In this document: one piece after another, positions 34,775-47,045 of the stretch | Layout: each line of letters opens with the position of its first letter | Numbering within the stretch: position 1 is the stretch's first letter | NCBI RefSeq assembly: GCF_964355755.1 | Contig: NC_092680.1 | Coordinates: 12,409,045-12,473,044 of the forward strand | Length of the DNA stretch: 64,000 bases | From: Antedon mediterranea | Taxonomy: Eukaryota; Animalia; Echinodermata | Direction of reading: 5' to 3' | Made by a program: the position numbers and the translations under genes | The notes under the pieces: generated by a model | The model's database searches: none | What the model was told of the DNA's origin: nothing | Seen by the model: only the letters and a program-made list of their open reading frames with translations

Positions 34775-36859
34775 CATAAAAGGTACACTTTTATTTGATA
34801 TGTACTATAATTTAAAATTCAGTTTATGAAACTATTATATACAATGTTCACATGCTACATAACAATATAATTATTTTTTTCAATAGTGCTTTATCTATAT
34901 ATATATGTTTATATGTTTATATGTTTATTAAAAATTGAGAATAAAATTTAAGGCCTAACTATATAAAATATCCACCTGTAGCCTGCATTGTGTCCTATGT
35001 ACAACCTATGGGTGGAAAAAATAGGACAATTTAATACCTGTAGGCCTCGAAAAAATGTGAAAAATTAGTTTCATTCATTTTGAGAATGAATATTGGTGGA
35101 TATATCTGTCGTCTATTTGTGTTTGACTAGCATTTGTGTAACCACTTTGAGACGAAAACTACTGTTTGTGAAGATCTGAAAGTTATCAAAAAAATGAAAG
35201 AAAAGTGCAAAAACTATGAAAAAGAAACTATGAGAAAGTGCAAAAACTAGTTTATTGCATAGAGATATTATATCTCTATGTTTATTGTAACGGCAGAAAA
35301 AAAAAACCTGAATGCACTTGTTGGGCAACTTAATGATAACATTAAAACCATTAGCATAATACTAGATAGAAGGCAAGAGTTGGTGCGTGAGTGATGGATA
35401 CACAATTGGCATTGTAAACATTTTAGTGAAGTGTATCCCCTGACAATACATGGCTTTCAAATAATAAAATATAGCATAGATTTCAAATAAACTATCTACA
35501 GTATTTGTGTAATGGGTCATAAAAGCAATCTCTGCTTCATTTATATCAAAACATCTTATTTTGATTGAATATAAAGTACTATTTAATTAGATAAAAGCAT
35601 ATCAATCACTAGAGACACGTTTTAGTATTTACCCTTTGACCTTAAGTCATTTACTTCCATTAGGAAGAAGAAACTGTCAAACTAATACAGTTAAAAGGCA
35701 GGTTATTGTATCAGTAACATATGATGTTATAAACTGGAGTCTTGATCCACTTTACGATTCCTTTCATCTTGCAATGGCTTGGAATGCCTCAATCTTCTGT
35801 TTTTAATTGAAGTATTTTCCACATTAAGTTCATTCATCTACTTTGTTCCACCCTCTACCTTCAATACTAGGTAGACAAGACTAATGGACTGTTGAACAAG
35901 TTATAAACACATACACAAACTGTGTTTACTATAATATTTAGGTTTTAGTATAATAATACTAAAACTAGTGGACTCCTCAGATCATCTACCCCTCTATTTC
36001 GAAAGGTTAAACTCCAGGAATTTCTTTAATTAGTTCGTACCATCTATGACATCCAGTACACATCATCATAATGTTCATGTTCCCGGTACATCTTCAATTT
36101 GGAACTATTAATATAATTATTAAAAAACTTATTAAACTAAATTAAACTAATTACCACGATAATTTAAATACATAATCCCAATTACGGTATTCATTTTTTA
36201 TTAAAAAGCCATTTAATTAAAAAATTATGCTACCTAAAATAGACAAGTCAATAATTGTATACGGCATGCACCCCCGGGTCTAATATACATTAATGGCATC
36301 CGTTCAATCACAATATAATCTATAAACTTTATTAATATTCTGTTGATGATGAAATAAAAAATCACCCAATTTACCTTGAATATTAATAATCATTAATGTC
36401 AATTCTCAAGCGGTTATGAAGTTACAAAAAACGTTGAATTAATCACATATTGTGTGCTGTATGATGCCTTAGGGAAAAACATGTATAAAACTAAGCTTGC
36501 TAGTTTCAATACAACTAGCATTTTATAATCAATATTGATGATAGATGAAAAGCTTTAGAAAAATGATGTTAAATAAATAGGATTGTTCCAGTTCGGAATT
36601 TTAATTTTACACAGATGACATATAGAATCATGCATGATACAAGATTATTTTTTAATTTAAAACTGAAATTCACAATATTATGTCTTTTTAGCTTTATTAC
36701 AGTTGGTATCCATTAAATAAAGTCCATCAATCACATCATGATCATTTGCCTCTGATATGATATCAGATGCATTTCTAGCCTGAAACCAGTTAAATTAAAC
36801 CTCAAGAAGTTCAATATTTATAGTTAACACAACATCCTGAAGGGTAATGTAGACTTGTA

Positions 36860-37095
36860 TAATAAGAGTTTAAAAATTTACATCACTGATTCATAAATTG
36901 ATATCCCTTCAGCAAAAGTCAAGACTTAAATATTATTAGAGTTAGCAAATTATATTCCATAAACACAGGCTGTAGTCCCATTAGCAAAGTGAAGACTTAA
37001 ATATTATAATAGTTAACAAATTATATTCCATAAAACTGACACAGGCTGTAGTCCCTTCAGCAAAGTGAAGACTTAAATATAATAAGAGTTTACAA
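36860..37095. repeat. Diverged tandem repeat of about 60 bp
   Basis: Recurrent CAGCAAAGTGAAGACTTAAATAT units. Confidence 0.65.
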
Positions 37096-37615
37096 ATTGC
37101 ATTGCTGATTTGTACAAATTAATGAAATGAGTCCCTTTAGCGAAGACATTCAGTGTAGAAGTACAAATTGACAGACATTTATGAACTTGTGTAAACAAAG
37201 TGACCTTAACATTTACAAATGGATGATGTCATCTACATTCATTAGTTTATACAGTTGTTCCTAAGGCACATTAAATTCACAATTCGATAAAACTGCACTA
37301 ACATAAAGAGGACAAGGGCAATCAAGAAATTATACTATTATACTGCTTTAAAAAGTTTAAAGTGTTTAACCCAGATTTTACAAGAAGGGCGGCTGGCGAT
37401 GGATTGAAAAAACATCCGGAGCAGTTGCAAATGTTTGTGCAGGAAAAGTGCCTACAAATAAACTATTGCATATTCATAAACCCGCAAATGTGAATAAATA
37501 GCTCACAGCAGCATATTTACATACTATACAAATATACACTGAGATTTTATCTCTAACAGCATGTACAAAATCGTTTATTTATTACACTATCATTTCTTCT
37601 TACAGACTACTGGCT

Positions 37616-37741
37616 TTATGGCGTAGGCCACAGTTTCATGAATTCTTCCGGGGTAAGATTTTGCTGTGTCACAACAACGTCTGAGAATTGTCTAGTTGAG
37701 AACTCTGGGGTTATTTCTGCTGAGCATGGATGACCACCGTC
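37616..37741 (-). CDS. FBXO32: FBXO25/32 last exon
   Basis: DGGHPCSAE...LTPEEFMKLWPTP-TAA. Confidence 0.9.
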   Translation of the reverse strand, partial: DGGHPCSAEITPEFSTRQFSDVVVTQQNLTPEEFMKLWPTP

Positions 37742-40700
37742 CTGAAAGAAAAATGACCACGGAATAAGACAAATGACCATACAGTACTACTACTAGAATG
37801 ACCTTACAGTGTCAGATACAAGATAAAGTATAAAAAACTTCAAAATATTTACAGTATCATGTTTAAAATACATTTTAAAAATGAAAACAAATTAAAATTA
37901 AAACATTTTTAAAATAAATTAAGAAAAGTGATGAGAATACAACTCCTCAAAATTTAAAACAAAAACAAAAAAAATTTAAACGCGGCATGCAATAAAACAT
38001 TTTTTTTAAATACAAACTCTATTGTTAATGACAATAAAATTAATTTTTTTTAAAGTAAATTTTGTGGATCATTTATAAAATATGTGTTGATACACTCGAC
38101 ATGCGGTTAACACAGGCATAGTGCTTGCAATAGTTTTAAAAATAATTTTCAAGCAGTGATTGTTTTGTTTTGAATATTACATACTGACTTCAAAAGAGGG
38201 CAGCAGACATGATTTTTATAAAACAAGTATTAATGTGTACTCACTGTCCAATAGATACAGTTACAGTGATTGCATAGGTTTAACACATTGTTGTATAATT
38301 CCCTGTTTCCATGACGATGACAAAGCCTACTATACACACCCTTCCAGTTCACTTTATTGTCACTGTCAAGGAATTTTGGAGATATAGAAGTAATCTATAG
38401 AACAACAAAAAAACAAATGGTTTAAATTTACATCGATCTTTAACAACAAATTGCACGTGGTTTGCAATTATGAACTTCATCACTGTAAACTACAGGCCTT
38501 GTCGTTTGGAGAGTGCAATCACTTATCAAAACGCCAACTTAGACAGTGTCGTACAACGCTCTCTGAGTTGGCCTTTACACTCCCCAGATGTCATTGACAC
38601 TTTTGTAAACTTATACAAGATACAACGAGCAAACCTACAGCGCCCCTAAAAAAAGATATTGATATTCGTCCTCAAGCTTAACTGGAAACTGAGGAAATTT
38701 GGATTGGGCCCTCCACGGACCACAGCAGCCAGCAGTGCAGGGCCTACCAGATCAGCACACCGGGAGATGATCCCCTACTCTTTTCGAATAGTGTACCAAG
38801 TTCTTTAACATGCACGCGTCGAGGAATGCAATTTGTAGCACACCTACAATTTTTAAATGTAACAAATGTTTTGTTTTATACCTGTTGCTGAGTAAAATGA
38901 AAACGGCAAAGCTTTTCCCATCGCAACGTGTATTCACTGATTTCATGTATGTATTTGCAAGTTAAACCAAAGTTTACAATATCTTTTGCATTTGCCAATG
39001 ATGACATAATGCGGTTAAGACAATCTGGAGGTAGATCCATCAGTTGTAATGAGTCCACTCTAATCTCAGTTGGCTGCAAGAAACAAAATGGCCACCATGG
39101 CTTTATTATGCACATATTATAAATTCACATGATCATTGGATATGCATAGTATTATGGGATACATCACTTGATTGGGTCAAGGTTCATTTCCAGTTGACAT
39201 CACTTTATTGGGTCAGGTTCATTTTCAGTTGACATCACTTGAATGAGTCAAGGTTCATTTTCAGTTGACATCCTTAATTGGATCAAGGTTCATTTCCAGT
39301 TGTTAGATAATATATTTCAAAATTTGAATTCATAACTTACTGTATAGTCAATTGTGTTAAGTTGTTGTAACCAGTCTTTTACCAAGTCTAACCACTTGTT
39401 CCATGTTTTAGGACTACCCACGTGGAAGTGCGGGTTCTTCAAAAGGTTCTTGGAAATGTCCTGCAGTATTTTCTTCACTCTGTTTACATAAAGCTTAGTT
39501 TCAGACACTGTAAAAATAAATTGTGATTAGTTGTTTCAGGTGTCATTTTAGTGTTGGACTAAGCATTGACAAGATCCTGACAAATCAAGTTTGCCTCATG
39601 AATTATTCATGAATCAAGAGGTCATGCAAGCATAATTCGCAAAATGACAAGCCAACTTGTATCGGATCCACCAGCCGTATCTGGCAATTGGTTAGCAAAA
39701 GTGTTGGGCAGTGTATGCTTAATTTTTAGGTAAATTCTTTGCATTCAAAATGTTTAGTTGAATACTGATGTTTGGAGGACGAGACATTGAGGGGGTTAGG
39801 TTCCAGGTTGAAATGTGAAGTTATAGAGTAGTTTTGAATCTTACCAACTGTAACTGATTCTTCCAAAATAAAAAAGAAATTTTTCTGTGCGAGGCCACTT
39901 AATGCAAACAACCAACTTTCTGTTATGATTTCCAAAATCTGAAAAAAAAAACAAATTATAAATATAGTAGGACTTATTTGTGTGGTTACCTAGAATTTCT
40001 CGTGCACCAGGTCCACCACCATAATAGTAAATAAATTGAAGGAAATAGCTGAAAATAAAGTGATGCAAAAGCATAATTTATAGTAAATTCTGAAACCCAG
40101 CCATAATTAATATAACGGTAGAATCGTAGAATTAATACTTACCCTACACACATAATTGAAACGTCTGTGATCGTGTACAGCACCTGAGAAATCCAATCGA
40201 TTCAAAACCTCTCCAATAGTAAAATAAAAACCAGTCTATCATTTGAAAATAAGAATTCATAAAAATATATTATTATTTATCTAGTGAACATAAATTTATA
40301 CAGAAGGACAGGAACAAAACCGATTTCATTAGAAATAGTCGACGCAAGATGGAGACTATTAGGTCACATACTTAGACAAGACCCATGTACACCAGCCAAC
40401 ACAGCAATAAGCTATTATTTCAGCAACACTACCAATATAAAATTTCGAGGAAGACCGAGAACCACCCTACCAATAACTCTCAGCAACGACCTACTCACCC
40501 TTTATAAGCATAACAGATATTAAGTATCCCGGACAATTGAAAACCAAGAAAGACATGAAACAACAGACTGGAAGAAACTGGTAAAAGAGATTTACGGAGC
40601 AGCCAAAGCGGAAATGTCGGCAGACTTTTCAGCGGAAAGGCAGTAATAATAATATAATAGTGTATAATTTAAGTGAGGGTATATGAGTGACTGAACTGAG

Positions 40701-43700
40701 TCTAGTATGTAGGAAAGGGTCACTGGAATCCACATCGGTATTACTCCTTGACCATTAGGTCTGGACTTACAACTCCCTGGACACATTCTATAAGCCAAAT
40801 ACCAACTCTCACCTTCTTAGCACCTCCTCTTGGTAAAAAGATATAACAGCTGTGGTGATCTACAAATTAAACAATAAAAAATAGATTAAAATGTCATAAT
40901 ATAAATAATAGATGTAATTTTATACATTTCTGACATTAAATCAGAACTAATTCATGTATATATTATATAACTATATACTGTATATGACCTGTTAAGGCCA
41001 ATTTACACAGCAGGTCAGCGGTAACGGTAAACAAAAATAGAGAATCTAGGTTATTTCTTATGACCATAACAAAACGCAGAGCAGATGAGCGGTTCAGTAA
41101 AAACTCTCAAGATAGATACAGATTCTATGTGGGACAAGCTTATCATTACCGCTTGTCTGTGTAAATTGGACTTTATTAAGCACATCTCCCACTAATCAGG
41201 TGATTTAGTTAGTTGCCTCTGGGTCTGACAGTTTCAAAAAGTTGACCGACAGAGCCAGTCGATTTAAGACAGGTCACTTGTGAGAGGAGAACTTTCTAAT
41301 TTTTACAGTCTTAATTATAATGGCAATTCTGATTCTAAATTCACAACAACATAATTACACAACAAGTATGTAACAACATTTAATAACATGGAATTAGCTT
41401 GTGACATGTTGTTTTCTTGCAACAGCTGCTCACAGCCCACTTTGTGATTGTATTCAAAGATTGAATTTTGATTTCATCACAAACTTGGAGCTGATCCCAC
41501 ATTCCACGTAAGTCTTTTGGCTATCTTCCTATAAACAACTCCCACAAGAGTTACTTGGTAATTATTACACAATGTTACATGGCCTACTTATTATCATCAA
41601 TCAAACTATGTTTGTTTATTATTTGTTTGGCAAGAGATGATTTGTAACATATTATTTAAAGATGTATTGTCTCTTGAAACACAAAAACAACCAGTTTACG
41701 TAATTAACAGGTAATTTAATTTGATTACATTTCATCTGGAAAATCGTCGCGAACAAAAGTAAACAAAGATTTCAAACCATGAGTATGCATGATGCTAATT
41801 AGGATTGTTTACAACCTGTCATAGTTGAGAAGGTGTTTTCACACAGATTGCGAGGAAGTTTTATGATTATGCATACAGAGTAGCCAAACAAGCGCGTTGC
41901 ATTATGAGATATGTTTTGTTCGCAATAATTTTGACTGGAAGTCAAAATTATTTTTTGAACAAACAAACATCTGTATTTCAGTTAAATGATTTTTTTTGGA
42001 CAAATTTTTGGTGAAAGTTAATAACTATTATGATACTTCAAAATGACCCACTTTTTTTCAAAATATTTTTTTTTATAATTTTTTTGGAATTAGTCAAAGG
42101 GACAATACTTAATTAACTAATTTAATTTACACAACACTGTTAATTCAACATCACATTGTGAAAGCTAATTAGTTATGTCATGTTTTAACATAAAACGTTA
42201 TTAATGCTTTTAAATATACTGTACATAATACAGTATTGTTAAATAAACATTGTATTTTGTGCACGGCTCCAGGGAAGAACAACCTCCTACATAGGACAAA
42301 TCAATAGTCCAGTTTTGAGCAATACTTTCATTTTGTGAGTTCTAGACTCGTACCTACCTATGGATTTCTTTTTTCTGTTTGATTCATTTTCTTTATTTTG
42401 ATCTTGTGAACTTTCAACTTCTTGGTTCCTATTATTAATATTACTTAATCTGCAACAAATAAAAATGGAACCAATCAAAATGTATTGAATATAATAATAA
42501 TGATCACTCAATATAGAGTACCATAATTCTATGGGAAATCCCCAGGCCACGAAAAAATCATGTAGGGCATGTAGGATTTTACTGTCCGGTGACAAGCAAC
42601 CTCACAAAAGAGTGTTAATAATACAGTATAGAAAACAAAGAAAGAAAGAGAGAATATATGCCATGTATTATAGTAATGTTCAAAGAAAAATTTTAAGTAA
42701 AGAAGATTAACTAGACTAGACGGAATATCATACAATAACATACCACAGTAAAAACTAATATTCACAAAATATGAAACAAAAAAGAAATACCATTAGAACC
42801 AGCCGGCCTAGACAGAAATAATTAACAAGTGTTTGAACTTTAAATAAAAAACCAGTAGAACCAGCCGGCCTAGATAGAAATAATTAACAAGTGTTTGAAC
42901 TTTACCTCTGCGTTTCGGTATCATCAGTCAAAATACGGTTAAAATAATGTGTGGTGGCGATTGATATGTGAATCCAACCTGAGATGTGGCGTACCCAGTG
43001 ACCCTCGTTCATCACTAAAGCCATGTTGGCTTAAAATCAACTGTGTAAAGCTAGCTACAGTAGTTTTTTAAGCATAAACTGTTGATCAGGAACATAAGAC
43101 AATAGCAGACTGATCCAATAATTCCAAGTAAAATTGCTGTTAGAAACAACGTTGCTTTAAAGACCACAGCTTAGTGAATGCACTTAGATCAATGAATATT
43201 GACATTATTACAATAGCCTTGTTGTGGCTAGATTATTTGTTAACTTTGAACTATACCATATATGGTCGTATTGTAAGAGCCTGGGAAATCATATCTAAAA
43301 ATAGCTGAGTGATAGAGCTTCAATTAAAATGAGAGGCCAACCTAACAAGTTGTTCACCATATTTGGGCATGCATCTAAAATGCAAAATTACTGCTGCCTC
43401 TGAGCAGGGAGTCCCTGCTCAGAGAAAACAAATTAGATAAAAATACTAATGCCTATTTTACAGAGGGGTCTGACTATAAAAACCAACAAGAATAACATTT
43501 TCTTAAGAAAATTGTTAGCTTTATTTAAATGTTTGTTTGTTCATGCTAATGTAAATGGCAATTCATATAACTTCCTTGATCATCTGTTCTTTCCTTCCAA
43601 AATTGTTCTATAATTATGTTTATTGATACTTTTACCAAGGCTAAAATTAAAATTTCCATTATAAAATGGATTATCTAACAAGATGGATTAATATAACTAA

Positions 43701-45609
43701 TTACTGTACTCAGCTTCAGTTATGATATTGCTTTTAATCATGTTGTTTAGTCTATAATTAGTCATAATGATAATTACTAATTATTTCCAATTGTTGTTCA
43801 TGTACAGTTTATGAACTAGACATGGCAAACAAGGTCAAAACGGCCCCTTTTTCAGCGGCGGGTAAGGTTTGACCGTATACAATGCATGTGTGAAATGTAA
43901 AGCTTTCTTATGGCCCTCCCATGCACATGTTCGCAACACGCTGCTTGGTAGGCCTATAGTGTTCGTTATAAGAAGACGAGATGTAATTATACGTCCATGG
44001 TTTAACCATGTAATGTATAATATTGATTTATTTTAAATTTATTTTTAATATGTCGAATGCAGTTTTAATGATGACTGTTCGTTTGTTCGTGTCGACACAT
44101 TCAGTATCAAATGGCGATATTTCTGTATTTTTTCAATCAATTGCTTGCTTGCGAGTATTATATAAGGTATGGTTTAAAGATCTTTGGCTATGTTCGGCTT
44201 CGGGATATTATACCACACTTAGGCTAGGCTATAGGGGTCGTCGGTTCGTGTTATGGGTTGTCCAATTTTAGATCGTCCAATTTGAGGTCGTTGGGGTCGT
44301 CAAATTCGAGGTCATCGCTTTCTACACACCCAACAACAATGGGGAAAAACAGTCCCACACAACAATGAGACAAATTACCAAACTGACTCTAGTAACTTAG
44401 CTATATAACCCCTTCCTCATCACACCCCCTCCTCCCCCCCCCCCCTTCCTAAAGTATCCTGCATCATGAAAGGGGGTCAAGTTTGAAAAAGACTTTCACA
44501 GTGTACCCTGATTCAATAGTATGTAATGGCTCAGGGTGGGTTTAAAACTGAGTACAGTATTTACAGTTACAAACAAAAGAACCTGTGCAGAGAAGATTTT
44601 GAAAGAATTAATAACAAAAGAATATAAAGTAGGTTATAATTCAGTCAAAAGTCAGCAAACAAAAAAAAAGAGAAAAAAGACCATACAGTACAATATAAAA
44701 TGTGTAGAGGCAAACCATACTTACATGACTCTTGAATTTGAACTTTTAGCAAATGTTGGAATTAAAAAAGAAAAAAATCTATGTACAATAACTTAATGCA
44801 TAATAGAAAAATAACACCTAAAAAAGAAGCGTTATTATGTATTTACAATAAACGTACCCTCAGTAATAACTTAAATGACCTAAAAACTTTCTCTTCAGTG
44901 TCAGTCTTGAACCAAATAAATTGAAGTTTTTTTTTCAATTTTAAACGCCAGACAGTTTCCAGCTGATAATTGCAAGCCTCCATATATTTGGTATCTCTCC
45001 GGCTAAAATACAATTTTTCCAATTTTTTTTTAAAACGCAAAAGAATATACTGATATTTTTATTGAGTCCGTTTAGTGTATTTAAAAAAAGTTTATGTATA
45101 AAATTTATTTATATCGGCAAAAACTTAAATGGCCCTTCTTTACAAAATTAAACTTTGATGTGAAAAACAGCAGCATTAGCAATTTTCAAGACTGATATTT
45201 ATTAATAAATTATATTATAATATTTACTTCCTCAATCCCTGTACCATTATATTGTCAATGGAAAAATGATGATGCATCAAAACCACAACAGAACAAAGGA
45301 ATGACATTATGTATAGATATTAATGCCATCATCATGAGCGACACGTGATCAATAAATATTGTGACTGTTGACGTTTCATGTGATTATTTGTTATGTTGTT
45401 TAATAAATTAAATGTATTTAATGATGAAAAAAAATGGTGTAATCTTACCTATCTCTGGCAAGCCTTTTGATGTGTCGGTTGAGGTTTTCACGAAGAGCAA
45501 TGAATTTCTCCCATCCGCTGCCACTTCGAACCCAGTTGGAATTGGACACCGCTGGTGGTGGTGGAACTGATGATGAGGAACATCTCGATTCCTTAGCAAC
45601 AAGGGGCAT
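37616..45609 (-). CDS. FBXO32: F-box protein of the FBXO25/FBXO32 (atrogin-1) family; exons 45609-45449, 42449-42358, 40859-40813, 40235-40143, 39938-39845, 39507-39341, 39073-38882, 38394-38245, 37741-37616 (373 aa)
   Basis: WVRSGSGW N-terminal motif, NKEN, TIGEVLNRLDFSGAVHDHRRFNYVCR, LSGLAQKNF, F-box LMDLPPDCL, CNHCNCIYW, HPC and LTPEEFMKL; phases all consistent. Probably co-orthologous to FBXO25 and FBXO32, so the symbol is nominal. Confidence 0.9.
38245..38394 (-). CDS. FBXO32: FBXO25/32 exon 8
   Basis: VNWKGVYSRL...ELYNNVLNLCNHCNCIYWT. Confidence 0.9.
38882..39073 (-). CDS. FBXO32: FBXO25/32 exon 7 (F-box)
   Basis: LQLMDLPPDCLNRIM...WEKLCRFHFTQQQ. Confidence 0.92.
39165..39305. repeat. 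Intronic tandem repeat of about 36 bp
   Basis: CAGTTGACATCACTT...GTCAAGGTTCATTT, about 4 copies. Confidence 0.8.
39341..39507 (-). CDS. FBXO32: FBXO25/32 exon 6
   Basis: VSETKLYVNRVKKILQD...VGSPKTW...WLQQLNTIDYT. Confidence 0.9.
39845..39938 (-). CDS. FBXO32: FBXO25/32 exon 5
   Basis: ILEIITESWLFALSGLAQKNFFFILEE. Confidence 0.92.
40143..40235 (-). CDS. FBXO32: FBXO25/32 exon 4
   Basis: TGFYFTIGEVLNRLDFSGAVHDHRRFNYVCR. Confidence 0.92.
40284..40655 (+). mobile_element. RTE-like LINE 3' fragment in F-box gene intron
   Basis: RWRLLGHILRQD...FRGRPRTTLP...DWKKLVKEIY; (TAA)n tail. Confidence 0.8.
40813..40859 (-). CDS. FBXO32: FBXO25/32 exon 3
   Basis: DHHSCYIFLPRGGAKK; 47 nt that bridge phases 1 and 0. 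Confidence 0.75.
41601..42110. mobile_element. Kolobok-like MITE; a partial inverted copy lies at 57667-57981
   Basis: TTAA|AGATGTATTGTC left end and GGGACAATAC right end; 41800-42108 is the reverse complement of 57670-57981. Confidence 0.7.
42358..42449 (-). CDS. FBXO32: FBXO25/32 exon 2
   Basis: LSNINNRNQEVESSQDQNKENESNRKKKSI. Confidence 0.8.
42796..42903. repeat. Tandem duplication with a 61-bp period
   Basis: AGAACCAGCCGGCCTAGAYAGAAATAATTAACAAGTGTTTGAACTTTA occurs twice. Confidence 0.85.
42906..43024 (-). CDS. FBXO32: FBXO25/32 candidate alternative first coding exon 1b
   Basis: gccaacATGGC context; MALVMNEGHWVRHISGWIHI...TETQ; donor ag|gtaaa, phase 2 like exon 1a. Confidence 0.62.
45449..45609 (-). 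CDS. FBXO32: FBXO25/32 first coding exon 1a
   Basis: MPLVAKESRC...NWVRSGSGWEKFIALRENLNRHIKRLARD; donor gtaag, phase 2. Confidence 0.82.
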
Positions 45610-46460
45610 CGTCTTTAGTCAAGAAAAGCTGTTTTAAGGAAAACAGTTTGACTGCTTTTTCCTAATTGTAACCGAAAATACCAATAGATTTAATCTGACT
45701 ACAATTCTCGTATAATTGTTGGATTTCAAATTAACAACTGTTGATGAGAAGAAACGTTTATGAAAACACTGACGATTACCATCTGGTTTTGTTTTGATCA
45801 CGTGGTTATTAAAGATCCAGACAAGAGGGCTATACCATTTTAAAAATGTGGAATAACAAATATATAAAACTTCAACACTACGTACTTTTCAATAGGCTTT
45901 GGAATAATTAGTACACATTTATAATATTTAAAAAAATATTTAATAATTAAACTCTTAAATATGAAGTTTTCATTGACAATATTTTGTGTAAGAGTTGAAA
46001 AAAAAGCTGAAACTTGTTATTTAATATTCTCATGCGTCAACAACCTTGTTGAGGGATCATCTTGGAGTAGCTCACATCACTTTTTTATTATTTTAATTAA
46101 TATAATGAATACATTTTGAAGATACGCTTTTATAACAGCGGCACACTTAAATAAAGGTGCGTTAAGCATATCAACCAAAATGGTAACTAAACAAAGAAAC
46201 TAATATTAATAAAGAAATCTTATGCAAACGGCCTAACATTATTTTGCTGCATGTAAAATTATAATCTTACACTGACAGTTTGAAGGCGATCCCCGAAGGA
46301 TGACACATACCGAAAATTACGTCATCAAGTGAACATGCGCCCGTCGCGCGTTGTCAAAACAAAGATGGCGACTTTTCCATTGCAAGTCATGAAATTCATT
46401 CATTTTTACTCATATTTTGAATGAAATAAATGTTTAATTATATAGAAAATAATATCTACC
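45610..46460. promoter_or_regulatory. Probable bidirectional promoter and non-coding OSER1 first exon (donor at 46461)
   Basis: E-box CACGTG at 45799, ATF/CRE-like TTACGTCA at 46317, local CpG cluster, YY1-type AAGATGGCG at 46362, donor CC|gtaagt. Link to OSER1 is inferred. Confidence 0.5.
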
Positions 46461-47045
46461 GTAAGTATTATAGTTATTTTTAGTATCTGTATTGTTAAAA
46501 TGATTGATAAAATGATAATAGGCCTAGGGCCTAGATTCTTTATCTGTTGAATGAATTTGGCCTCTTTTATTGTTTTGCTCCTCTCTCTATCTCAGTGAGT
46601 CGAGTGACACTATCATTGGTGGAGTCCAACCGGCCTTGCTTGCTGTGACTGGTTGTCCCGTCTTCTAGGCCTAGAGGCTAGGCTGGTTAATGGCGCAATA
46701 ATACAGGAGTCTAAGCGCGCCTATAAAGTCCCGCATATCTGGCGTGAGGCTCAATGTAAATAAGCTAACTTTTTTGGGCTAGGGCCTAGGCCTAGGAGGC
46801 TACGCTAATCATGGAAAATCTTTTATTTTAATTTGTAAATGTATTTAGGCCTAGCTAGGGCTAGGCCTAGGCCTAATTTATTTTAATTAATGTCAGTAAT
46901 TTTATTTATGTTTGTTAGTTATTTAATAATAATAATATCACTTTATTTTTTTATGATGATTTTCCTAATATATAATTTCAAATCATACGCTTTTTCACGT
47001 TTCAAAAACATTAACAATCGCAATTTGATTTCAACTCATTAGTTG

